Below the pieces are notes generated by a model that had not been told where the DNA came from, made no database searches, and saw only the letters and a list, made by a program, of their open reading frames with translations. Below, one piece after another: positions 56,138 to 64,000 of a stretch of 64,000 bases of DNA (the first letter of the stretch is position 1; the number at the start of each line of letters is the position of its first letter). The stretch covers positions 39,390 to 103,389 of the forward strand of contig JAFSNK010000021.1 in NCBI GenBank assembly GCA_017447445.1, in the 5' to 3' direction. The position numbers were made by a program, and so were the translations under genes. This DNA is from Clostridia bacterium. Its GTDB lineage: Bacteria > Bacillota > Clostridia > Oscillospirales > CAG-382.

Positions 56138-56150
56138 AGGAGCTTGAAAA

Positions 56151-56510
56151 ATGAAAGTCAGATTACCGAAAGGCGTGGGCGGCGGACCGCAGGATATGAA
56201 CTCGCTTATGCGTCAGGCGCAGAAAATGCAGGAGGATATGGCGGCAAAGCAGGCGGAGCTGGAAGAACGCACCTATGATATCAGCGCCGGAGGCGGTATG
56301 GTAAACCTTACAATCAATGGCAGAAAAGAGGTCACTTCCCTTTCCATAAAGCCGGAGATCGTCGATCCCGACGATATCGAAACGCTTGAGGACATACTTA
56401 TCGCCGCCGTAAACGAAGCAATAAAACGCGTGGAAGACACCAACAGCGAAGAAATGGCCGGCATAGCCGGTCCGATGTCCGGAATGCCCGGCATACCCGG
56501 TCTCTTTTAA
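56151..56510 (+). CDS. ybaB: Nucleoid-associated protein YbaB/EbfC
   Basis: 119 aa. MQKMQEDM...GGGMV...ING pattern of the YbaB family. Confidence 0.85.
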   Translation: MKVRLPKGVGGGPQDMNSLMRQAQKMQEDMAAKQAELEERTYDISAGGGMVNLTINGRKEVTSLSIKPEIVDPDDIETLEDILIAAVNEAIKRVEDTNSEEMAGIAGPMSGMPGIPGLF

Positions 56511-56513
56511 GCC

Positions 56514-57101
56514 ATGACGCCTTCGCTTGAAAGACTTATAAACAACTTTGCCGCCTTGCCGGGGATCGGCAGAAAAAGCGCCGCCCGGCTCGCATACCGC
56601 ATTCTGGATATGACGGAAGAAGAAGCGCGCGATTTCGCGGAAGCCGTTACCGAAGCGAAGCGAAGCGTTAAGCTCTGCCCGGTATGTATGTCTTATTGCG
56701 AGAACGGCGTGTGCGGCATCTGCTCCGACGCGCGCAGGAGCGACGACACCATTATGGTCGTGGAAGATAACCGCGCGCTGGAAGCGATAAACGAGACGCA
56801 CGAATATCACGGAAGGTTCCACGTGCTTCACGGCGTTATTTCCCCCGTGGACGGAATAGGTCCCGAACAGTTGAAGATAAAAGAACTGCTTGCGCGGCTC
56901 AACGACAACGTAAAGGAAATAATCATCGCGACCAATCCGAGCGTGGAGGGCGAAGCGACCGCGATGTATCTTAGCCGCCTTATAAAACCGTTCGGGATCA
57001 AAACCACGCGCCTCGCATATGGGCTTCCCGTCGGAGCCACGCTTGAATACGCCGATTCGATAACGTTGTTAAAAGCTATCGAAGGCAGAACGGAAGTATG
57101 A
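56514..57101 (+). CDS. recR: Recombination protein RecR
   Basis: LPGIGRKSAARLAY HhH motif, C4 zinc finger CPVC...CGIC, Toprim domain. Confidence 0.9.
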   Translation: MTPSLERLINNFAALPGIGRKSAARLAYRILDMTEEEARDFAEAVTEAKRSVKLCPVCMSYCENGVCGICSDARRSDDTIMVVEDNRALEAINETHEYHGRFHVLHGVISPVDGIGPEQLKIKELLARLNDNVKEIIIATNPSVEGEATAMYLSRLIKPFGIKTTRLAYGLPVGATLEYADSITLLKAIEGRTEV

Positions 57102-57117
57102 TCCCCAAACAAAACAA

Positions 57118-57147
57118 CGCACCGGAAGCGATCCGGTGCGTTTTTTT
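57118..57147. terminator. Terminator between recR and mntP (convergent)
   Basis: CGCACCGGA / TCCGGTGCG stem followed by T7. Confidence 0.8.
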
Positions 57148-57154
57148 AATGTAT

Positions 57155-57763
57155 TTATATTCCGAAGATCGAGATACCCGTTAAGTGTTCTATAAGTATC
57201 TTTACGCCGAGCAGAACGAGTATTATTCCGCCTATAAGCTCCGCGTGGGAGCGCAGTTTCGAACCCGCGAGCTTGCCTATAAGCACGCCGACCGCCGAAA
57301 TAATAAATGTAGTGGCGGCGATAACGGCGCACGACGCGAATATCCCGAAATCGAGCCCCGAGGTACTCATCGGCATCCCCGTACAGCAGAACGCGATGCC
57401 GACCGCGAGCGCGTCGATGCTTGTCGCTATAGCAAGTATTATCATCTTTTTGAAGGCGAGCGGATTGGATTCCGAGTCGTCCACATTTTCGGGATGAAAT
57501 GATCCCCAAATCATCTTTCCGCCTATATATAGCAGGAGCGCAAACGCGATCCAGTGATCGAGCTTTTCTATGTAGCTTTGAAACGACGAGGCGAGGAAAT
57601 AGCCCGCCAGCGGCATGATCCCCTGAAACAGCCCGAAATACAGCCCCACGAGCGCCGCGTCCGCCGGTTTGACTTTTTTTATCGTCAAACCTTTGCATAT
57701 CGCAACGGCGAAAGCGTCCATCGAAAGACTTATGCCGTATACCAAAACGAGAAACAGATTCAT
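57155..57763 (-). CDS. mntP: Manganese efflux pump MntP
   Basis: 202 aa. N-terminus ...YGISLSMDAFAVAI... and the repeated DUF204 halves are typical of MntP. Confidence 0.8.
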   Translation of the reverse strand: MNLFLVLVYGISLSMDAFAVAICKGLTIKKVKPADAALVGLYFGLFQGIMPLAGYFLASSFQSYIEKLDHWIAFALLLYIGGKMIWGSFHPENVDDSESNPLAFKKMIILAIATSIDALAVGIAFCCTGMPMSTSGLDFGIFASCAVIAATTFIISAVGVLIGKLAGSKLRSHAELIGGIILVLLGVKILIEHLTGISIFGI

Positions 57764-57770
57764 TTATTTA

Positions 57771-58649
57771 TCAAAGCCTCTTTTCGAAATTGCCGAGCAC
57801 GTTAATGCCGTTCTTAACGGCGACGAACGCCTGAGGATCGATCCTTTTAACAATTCTCTTTAACTGCGGCAATTCATATTTCGAAACAATGATATACAGC
57901 ACGCGCGAATTGTCTCCGGTAAAAGCGCCGTAGCCCTCCCAATAGGACACGCCGCGCCGCATTTCCAAAATGATCGCGTTCTGTATCTCCGCGTCGTCGT
58001 GCTTGGATATTATAAGCACCTCGCAGTTGATGTTCTGCGAATGCATCCTGTCAAGCGTAAGGTTGCTGATGACCGTAAATATAAGCGTGTAAATAATGCG
58101 CTTCACGTCCGCCATTATAGTAAACGCGATGGCGTAAACGAATATGTTTACGTATATCGCTATCCTGCCGACGCTGCCGATATTATTCTTTGTGAAATAC
58201 ATACCGATAAGGTCGGTGCCGCCGCTGGAGCCGCCGTTTGTAAGCACCATCCCGGTCCCGGCGCCGCAAAGTATACCGCCTATGATGCACGAAGTTAGCG
58301 AATCGTCGATAAGCGTCGTAACGGGTATGACCGAAAGCATAAGCGTCTGGAACGCGAGGCAGAAGAAGGTTTTATATATCACCTCTTTGCCTATCGTCTT
58401 ATAAGTTAACAGCATAACGGGAATGTTGAGCAAAAACGCGATAATACCGGCGTAGTCGAAGCCAGGATCAAATCCGAGCATTTCTTTCAGCAGCGTTCTG
58501 AATATCTGTGCCAGACCCAGAAGCCCGCCGTTATACAAACTTGCGGAAACGATGAACAGGTTGACGCCGCAGGCGTATATCGCCGATCCGGCGAGTATCA
58601 TCGCGATCTTCATAATATCGGTGCGTGTTATTCTCTTAATGCGTTCCAT
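57771..58649 (-). CDS. YitT-family membrane protein (DUF2179 C-terminal domain)
   Basis: 292 aa, 5-6 TM, GGTGGxD-like motif (GGSSGGTDLIG) and a soluble C-terminal domain. Confidence 0.75.
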   Translation of the reverse strand: MERIKRITRTDIMKIAMILAGSAIYACGVNLFIVSASLYNGGLLGLAQIFRTLLKEMLGFDPGFDYAGIIAFLLNIPVMLLTYKTIGKEVIYKTFFCLAFQTLMLSVIPVTTLIDDSLTSCIIGGILCGAGTGMVLTNGGSSGGTDLIGMYFTKNNIGSVGRIAIYVNIFVYAIAFTIMADVKRIIYTLIFTVISNLTLDRMHSQNINCEVLIISKHDDAEIQNAIILEMRRGVSYWEGYGAFTGDNSRVLYIIVSKYELPQLKRIVKRIDPQAFVAVKNGINVLGNFEKRL

Positions 58650-58715
58650 ATGTTGACTCCGTAAATATATGCAGAATGATGGATTTTTAAGAATATACTG
58701 TAACGGGTGTTATAA

Positions 58716-59348
58716 ATGAAAAAGAGGATTCTGCTTGTTTTGCTGTCTATCGCCGCGCTGACAGCCGTTTTTGCAATAAGGTTCGCGCGGTATTACGGCG
58801 ACGCCTGCCGCACTTACGCCGCGCAGGGAGTAAAAGGCGAGCTCGCGAAGCTGATGTTCCGGGCGGCTGCGGACGCGGTAACGGACGCGGGAGAAGGCGA
58901 AAACGGCGTGGCGGAATTCATATACGATTCCGAAGGACGTATCGTTTCGATAAACGTAAACGCAGCAAAAGTGAACGAAACCGTTTCCCGCATAATGCTT
59001 TCGCTTGAAAACGCCGTAAAAGACGAAGAGCTTGAATTCGGTATTCCTTTCTGGACCGCTATGGGCTCCAAACTGTTGTCCGGAAAAGGACCGAAAATCC
59101 CCGTAACCGTGATACCCGTCGACAGCATAAGTTACGAGCTGAAAAGCGAACTCGCGTCCGGCGGGATAAACCAAACGGTACACAGGATCAGCGTGGTATA
59201 TTCGCTGACCGCGCGCTGCCTCGCGCCGTTCGACGAAGAGCTGATAGTAGTAACGGGCGAAGCGGTCATCGCCGAAACGCTTATCGTCGGAGATGTGCCC
59301 AAAATAATGTTTTCGTCAAAGCCCGATCTTTTTGGCGCATTCGAATGA
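58716..59348 (+). CDS. yunB: Sporulation protein YunB
   Basis: 210 aa with an N-terminal TM. The pattern ...SINVNAAKVNE...IPFWTAMGSKLLSGKGPKIPVTVIPV...ETLIVGDVP matches YunB. Confidence 0.7.
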   Translation: MKKRILLVLLSIAALTAVFAIRFARYYGDACRTYAAQGVKGELAKLMFRAAADAVTDAGEGENGVAEFIYDSEGRIVSINVNAAKVNETVSRIMLSLENAVKDEELEFGIPFWTAMGSKLLSGKGPKIPVTVIPVDSISYELKSELASGGINQTVHRISVVYSLTARCLAPFDEELIVVTGEAVIAETLIVGDVPKIMFSSKPDLFGAFE

Positions 59349-60071
59349 GATCACGGAGACCGCGCAGCACGCCGGGAGCGAATAATAGCATTCGCGCGGG
59401 TATTTAAGCTTTATCACCGTATCGGAGATATTCAGGATCTCCTGCTTTATTCCGCGCTTCTCGCCGCCGAAAACCAGGCACAGCGGTTTTTTAAGCTTTA
59501 TGCGCGAAAGATCCCTTGCCCTGTCGATTTTCGCGGTGGAGGCGATATACCAGCCCCGTTCCTTAAGCATCGCGCAGGTCCGCGCCGTGTCGTCCGAACG
59601 GAAAATCTCCGCTTGTTCGTACGCGCCCGCGGAGGAACGAATAAGCATCGCGTCCTCGTTTTCGAAGCATCTGTTCGGAACGATTATCGCGTCGACGCCC
59701 GCGGCGTAAAGAGAGCGTATCGAATAGGCGTAATTGAAAGGATCCTCTATCCCGTCGAGGACCGCTATGTAGCCGTCGGAGACCGACAGCAGTTCCTCTT
59801 CGGACATAAAGCGCCGCTCGCCGACTTCGGCGGCAACGCCGCCGGAGGTTTCGCCGGAAACGAGCTTTGAAAACTCGCTTTCTTCAAGGAATTCGCATTT
59901 GATCCCGCTGTTCAAAAGCGCGGAATACCGCCGCTGTTCGCCGGTCCGCAGTTTGGAAGCCATAACGGAATCATAGCGCGATCTTTCTATTATTATGCGG
60001 CAGATCTCCCTTTTTCCGGATACAGCCGCGCTTTTTACCGAAACAAAGCCCTCAATCAGTATTTTTTTCAT
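59316..60071 (-). CDS. TrmH/SpoU-family RNA 2'-O-methyltransferase
   Basis: 251 aa. SpoU_methylase pattern (...LDGIEDPFNYAYSIRSLYAAG..., ...LVFGGEKRGI..., ...SLPACCAVSV...). Confidence 0.7.
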   Translation of the reverse strand: MKKILIEGFVSVKSAAVSGKREICRIIIERSRYDSVMASKLRTGEQRRYSALLNSGIKCEFLEESEFSKLVSGETSGGVAAEVGERRFMSEEELLSVSDGYIAVLDGIEDPFNYAYSIRSLYAAGVDAIIVPNRCFENEDAMLIRSSAGAYEQAEIFRSDDTARTCAMLKERGWYIASTAKIDRARDLSRIKLKKPLCLVFGGEKRGIKQEILNISDTVIKLKYPRECYYSLPACCAVSVISFECAKKIGL

Positions 60072-61314
60072 TTTTGGTGACTCCGGTCATTATATTGAAC
60101 ACAGGCACGTAATCGCCGTTCACGGCGCTGGTGGAATAGCACACGGTTAGGATATCGTCAAAACCGCTGTTTGTCAAGTATTGTTCAAAAGGTCGTTTGA
60201 AATATTTCGGCTCTATAACTTCAACAAGCGAATAATGCGCCGAAAGAAGCATGGCGAGCGGGTATGACGAGCTGTCGCCTATGATAAGCAGTTTTTTGCC
60301 GTTTCCGGCGGAGGTGGATATGCTGTATCTGCCCGCCTTTATACCGAAATAAACGGTTTCTCCGTCGGTTTTCGGAAAAGCGTTCCTTCCCGGCGAAAAG
60401 CAATCGTAGACCGCGTCGCCGGAATAGACGGTAAGTTTAGCGGAAAGCGCGGGTATCGGGCAATAGCAGACGAGCGAATCGGGCGAGTTTTTCATATCCT
60501 CGTTTTCGGTCGCCTTATAAAAGCTTCCCAGAAACTCCCCCGCTTCGTTTTTCGGAAAGCTGTTCGCGGAATAACGGTGCAGTCCCGCCGCGGCGCAATA
60601 ATCCGCGTAGGCGGCGTACGCCGCTTCGGAGGTCCAGTTTCTGTCGGTCCTGTAAAACACGGCGTCTCCGGCGTCGTAAAGCGACTTTACGGACGGTATA
60701 ACGTCGATATTCGTGATCCTGTCGTCCAGCTTGGCGCCCGCGGCTTTTACAAAATCGCCCTGCGCGGCGTTATAGAACCCATCGGCGGTATATATCTCAC
60801 GCGGGATGTCCGCAAAGGTACAGCTAACCGGCGCGATAATATTGAACATACGCGCGCTTTCGGGAACCAGCCCGGCAAGCGCGTTCAGAGAATTGACGTA
60901 CCGTATAAGCGCCGTGGGCTTGTAGTTGAACTGCTCGTATCCGGAATTGCCGTAGACGTAGGTATAACCGTAATCGTTTATCACCCAGCCGTGCTTAACG
61001 CTGTCGCTCTTCGGGCCGGCGCCGCTTTCGCTCGCGCTTTCTGCGGCCGCCGGGCTGTTTTCGGCGAAGGTATGCGAAGCGTACCCGGAAATATCCTCGG
61101 GCGGCGGAGCGCTCGTACCGCTTTCATTACCGCCGCGCGCGGCGCTCGAATCGTCGCTCAAAGCGCTCGGAGCGCTTTTCCTTCCGCCGCTTCCACGGTT
61201 GATCAGTATGAACGCGCCCGCAAGGGCTATCGCTACGCCCGCCAGCGCGATCATCTGCGCCGCTTTTACTATCTTCCGGTGCTGTTCCGGCGCGATTTTT
61301 TCAAATCTTTTCAT
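60052..61314 (-). CDS. DHHW-family (AlgJ/AlgX-like SGNH) extracytoplasmic protein with variant motif
   Basis: N-terminal TM and low-complexity linker. FYRTDRNWTSEAAY sits where family members carry TDHHWT. Overall length and order of conserved blocks fit the DHHW family as I recall it. Confidence 0.45.
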   Translation of the reverse strand: MKRFEKIAPEQHRKIVKAAQMIALAGVAIALAGAFILINRGSGGRKSAPSALSDDSSAARGGNESGTSAPPPEDISGYASHTFAENSPAAAESASESGAGPKSDSVKHGWVINDYGYTYVYGNSGYEQFNYKPTALIRYVNSLNALAGLVPESARMFNIIAPVSCTFADIPREIYTADGFYNAAQGDFVKAAGAKLDDRITNIDVIPSVKSLYDAGDAVFYRTDRNWTSEAAYAAYADYCAAAGLHRYSANSFPKNEAGEFLGSFYKATENEDMKNSPDSLVCYCPIPALSAKLTVYSGDAVYDCFSPGRNAFPKTDGETVYFGIKAGRYSISTSAGNGKKLLIIGDSSSYPLAMLLSAHYSLVEVIEPKYFKRPFEQYLTNSGFDDILTVCYSTSAVNGDYVPVFNIMTGVTKNEKNTD

Positions 61315-61393
61315 CTTTATCCTCCGTAAATGCTTTTATATACGAAGGATAGCCGGAATTTTCGTTATTTATTCAAAAACGTTTACACAAAAC

Positions 61394-61428
61394 CACTCTG
61401 CCGTTGGTCATACCTGACGGCAGAGTGC
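61394..61428 (-). terminator. Terminator after ftsH
   Basis: CACTCTGCCGT / ACGGCAGAGTG 11-bp stem. On the minus strand it is followed by GTTTTGTG. Confidence 0.7.
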
Positions 61429-61440
61429 CTTTTTGTATTT

Positions 61441-63495
61441 TTAATGGAACAAATCGTCGGAGAAAACGTCTCCGTTATCGCCGTCCTCGTCGTGACGGCG
61501 GCGGACAGGGGTTTGGGCTTCTTCGTTTTTCCTTTCCTCTTCCCTGCGTTTCTCGTTTTCTTCTTCGGCGGCGGCTTTTTTGTGTTCGCGCAGCGAATCG
61601 AGCATTTCCTCGGTAACGCCTTCGGTGAAGCAAAGGTCGAACTGATCGCCGTCCATTATCTCGTGTTTAACAAGATACCGCGCTATGAATTCAAGCACCG
61701 AATCGTTTTCGCGAAGTATCTTCAGCGCGCGCTCGTAGTTTTCGAACACGAAACGGTGTATCTCGGAATCTATCTGCTCCGAAACCTTTTCGGAATAATT
61801 CTTCGTAGTACCGAAATCTCTTCCCAGGAACACCTCGTTGCCCTCGGAGCTGTATACTATCGGTCCGAGCAGGTCGCTCATACCGAGGCGGGTGACCATA
61901 CTGCGGGCGATGTCGGTGGCGCGCTGCATATCGTTCGATGCGCCGCCGGAAATATCGCCGCATTTAAGCTGCTCCGCCGCGCGTCCGCCCAACAGCGAAC
62001 AGATAACGTCAAGCAGCTCGTTTTTATACTGGCTCATTTTATCGGTTTCGGGAATAGCGAGAGTATATCCCAAAGCGCGTCCGCTTGGTATAATAGAGAT
62101 CTGATGGACGGGATCGAGCGAAGGAAGCACCTTGTGAACTATGGCGTGTCCCGCTTCGTGATAAGCGGTCATAAGCTTTTCCTTGTCGCTCATCCGCTTG
62201 GATTTCTTCTGCGGACCGACCATGACTTTTATCATGGCTTCCTCTATATCCGAAGTGTTGATGACCGCTTTTTTCTTGCGCGCCGCGTGCAGAGCCGCCT
62301 CGTTAAGAAGATTGGCAAGATCCGCGCCGGTAAACCCGGCGGTAGAGCGCGCTATGGTCGCAAGATCGACGTCCGAACCGAGCGGCTTACCTCTTGCGTG
62401 AACTTTTAATATTTCTTCTCTTCCCTTGATATCGGGATAGTTGACGGTTATCTGTCTGTCGAAGCGGCCGGGACGCAGCAGCGCGTTATCGAGAATATCC
62501 GGGCGGTTCGTCGCCGCCATAACTATAACGCCGTCGTTTACTCCGAAGCCGTCCATTTCGACAAGCAACTGGTTAAGCGTCTGCTCGCGTTCGTCGTGGC
62601 TGCCGCCCAAGCCGGCGCCTCTCTGACGCCCCACGGCGTCGATCTCGTCGATAAACACAATGCAAGGCGCGGTCTTTTTGGCGGTCTCAAACAGATCCCT
62701 CACACGCGAAGCGCCGACGCCGACGTACATTTCGACGAAGTCGGAACCGGAGATAGAATAAAAAGGAACGCCGGATTCGCCCGCCACCGCTTTTGCAAGC
62801 AGCGTTTTGCCCGTGCCGGGCGCGCCTATAAGCAGTACGCCGCGCGGGATCTTTGCGCCGAGCTGAGAATACTTCTGCGGATTCTTCAGGAATTCAACTA
62901 TCTCCTGAAGCTCCTCTTTTTCCTCGTCCGCGCCGGCAACGTCGGAAAACAGCACTTTGTTCTTTTCGTCGCTGCCGAGCTTTGTGCGGGCTCTGCTGAA
63001 CGAATTCATCTTTCCGCCGATGCCTATCCCGCCGCCGCTTTGCGAGGTGCGGGAAATGAACAGCCAGAAGAACACGCCGAGCGCGATGAGCACGAGAACG
63101 TAAGGTATATAAGGCACCCACCACGGAAGCACCGAAGGCGCCTCGTAATCGAACTTAACAAGGGTGCCTTCCTTCGTCTGCTGCAGGATTATTTCGCTTA
63201 AGTCGTTGGTGAATATCTCGACGTCGGCGAGGCGGTGTATATACTCGTATGTCTTGTACGCGTCTTTTTTAGCGTTCTGTTCGTCGGTGCCGACGGTATC
63301 GGACAGATACAGATTGTAATCGGTATCGACGTAATAACGGTGTATCTCGCCTTTCTGGAACTTCTGCACCACGGTACCGTAATCTATTTCCTTCTGATTT
63401 CCGCCCGACGAGCGAAGCAGCCCCGCGACAAGTATCACCACGAGGAAAAACGCAAGATAAAACAGGATGATCCTGCCGGAACCTTTATTCTTCAT
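61441..63495 (-). CDS. ftsH: ATP-dependent zinc metalloprotease FtsH
   Basis: Two N-terminal TMs, Walker [18 protein letters not shown] zinc motif. Confidence 0.95.
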   Translation of the reverse strand: MKNKGSGRIILFYLAFFLVVILVAGLLRSSGGNQKEIDYGTVVQKFQKGEIHRYYVDTDYNLYLSDTVGTDEQNAKKDAYKTYEYIHRLADVEIFTNDLSEIILQQTKEGTLVKFDYEAPSVLPWWVPYIPYVLVLIALGVFFWLFISRTSQSGGGIGIGGKMNSFSRARTKLGSDEKNKVLFSDVAGADEEKEELQEIVEFLKNPQKYSQLGAKIPRGVLLIGAPGTGKTLLAKAVAGESGVPFYSISGSDFVEMYVGVGASRVRDLFETAKKTAPCIVFIDEIDAVGRQRGAGLGGSHDEREQTLNQLLVEMDGFGVNDGVIVMAATNRPDILDNALLRPGRFDRQITVNYPDIKGREEILKVHARGKPLGSDVDLATIARSTAGFTGADLANLLNEAALHAARKKKAVINTSDIEEAMIKVMVGPQKKSKRMSDKEKLMTAYHEAGHAIVHKVLPSLDPVHQISIIPSGRALGYTLAIPETDKMSQYKNELLDVICSLLGGRAAEQLKCGDISGGASNDMQRATDIARSMVTRLGMSDLLGPIVYSSEGNEVFLGRDFGTTKNYSEKVSEQIDSEIHRFVFENYERALKILRENDSVLEFIARYLVKHEIMDGDQFDLCFTEGVTEEMLDSLREHKKAAAEEENEKRREEERKNEEAQTPVRRRHDEDGDNGDVFSDDLFH

Positions 63496-64000
63496 TGGCT
63501 GTGCGCCACCTTCCTTTTTCTGTATTTCCGCAAACGGTTACTATCAACGCGCCCGATTCCGATTTTGTAAAGACTCTGTCGTCCACCGCCGTGAACGGGA
63601 CGTACAGTATCCCCAAAGAGTCGCAGATCACCGGGACGATATCGCGCAGCTCCGCGGGCACCTTGCTATCCGTAAACAGTTTTTTAAGACTTTTGTTTAC
63701 GCCGCGGACTCTTATCCTGTCGCCGGTACGCCGCTGCCGCGCGTAGAGTTCACCGGATATATTATCAGCTTTAAGCGGCTGATTTGTTAACAAATTGTAA
63801 ATATTTCCGGGATTTTCGGGTTTTTCTCCGATAAATACGCTTATCCTGCCACCGAACAGCGGGTTTTCGCCGGTTTTTAGCTTTTGTTCGCCGTATTCCG
63901 GAACGCGTTCGGCGCTTTTCACGAATTCAAGCCGCCCCGAATCTATTATCGCCTCCGTCTCGCCGTCAAGAGCGACAACCGACCTTGCGTGCGAATCCAG
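63485..64000 (-). CDS. tilS: tRNA(Ile)-lysidine synthetase, C-terminal part (partial; continues beyond the window)
   Basis: ...[40 protein letters not shown]... is the TilS C-terminal domain pattern. The reading frame stays open to nt 64000. It sits upstream of ftsH, as in other Firmicutes. Confidence 0.7.
   Translation of the reverse strand: MDSHARSVVALDGETEAIIDSGRLEFVKSAERVPEYGEQKLKTGENPLFGGRISVFIGEKPENPGNIYNLLTNQPLKADNISGELYARQRRTGDRIRVRGVNKSLKKLFTDSKVPAELRDIVPVICDSLGILYVPFTAVDDRVFTKSESGALIVTVCGNTEKGRWRTANEE

Noticed and set aside
57764-58715. Possible yybP-ykoY Mn2+ riboswitch controlling mntP
   Set aside because: mntP starts 7 nt after the yitT-family gene, and only 66 nt separate that gene from divergent yunB. 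That is too short for the riboswitch, and I could not see its conserved helices.
59316-59348. 33-nt convergent overlap of the yunB and TrmH-family 3' ends, and a 35-nt overlap of the DUF2812-like tail with the hprK start
   Set aside because: These are probably just compact gene packing with low-complexity tails. There is no evidence of functional coupling, so they are noted only as annotation caveats.
1-64000. CRISPR arrays, tRNA/rRNA genes, toxin-antitoxin pairs, restriction-modification or other defence islands
   Set aside because: I found no regularly spaced direct repeats, no tRNA T-arm consensus (GGTTCGAATCC-like), no small adjacent ORF pairs with TA-like features, and no methyltransferase, nuclease or helicase gene clusters on either strand.

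Overview
Moderately GC-rich chromosomal segment from a spore-forming Firmicute, most likely a Clostridia/Oscillospirales-type genome. This is inferred from sigG, cwlD, yunB, a possible spoIIM, a long Bacillus-type SRP RNA and the ffs-dnaX-ybaB-recR and tilS-ftsH syntenies. About 60 genes are densely packed and mostly housekeeping: a Na+-translocating oxaloacetate-type decarboxylase (BCCP/beta/carboxyltransferase), hexuronate catabolism (uxuA-eda-kdgK, lyxose isomerase, uxuB-like SDR), sigG, an OmpR/HK pair, msmK, an ABC-F ATPase, trmB, murE, leuA-like, radA, xerD, proC, lysA, engB, lon, glcK, hprK, dnaX/ybaB/recR, mntP, ftsH and tilS. I found no CRISPR array, tRNA/rRNA, transposase, phage block or recognisable defence system, and no clear-cut new system. 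The accessory or unexplained parts are: (i) a translationally coupled three-gene envelope operon (1158-aa metallophosphoesterase surface protein, cohesin-like anchored protein, polytopic membrane protein); (ii) a 1135-aa GHL10 lipoprotein next to an unassignable Zn-ribbon membrane protein; (iii) an AraC regulator with a tandemly duplicated unknown 110-aa domain; (iv) a perfect 15-6-15 palindrome with XerD-arm-like sequence about 1.1 kb from xerD; (v) a terminator hairpin that buries the sigG Shine-Dalgarno; (vi) a pseudouridine synthase interrupted by one in-frame TAA; (vii) a 5'-nucleotidase-like protein with substituted metal ligands; (viii) several repeat or palindrome operators. Many long ORFs in the six-frame track are antisense shadows of real genes, as expected at this GC content, and were rejected. 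All homology statements come from motif recognition by eye, not from database searches.
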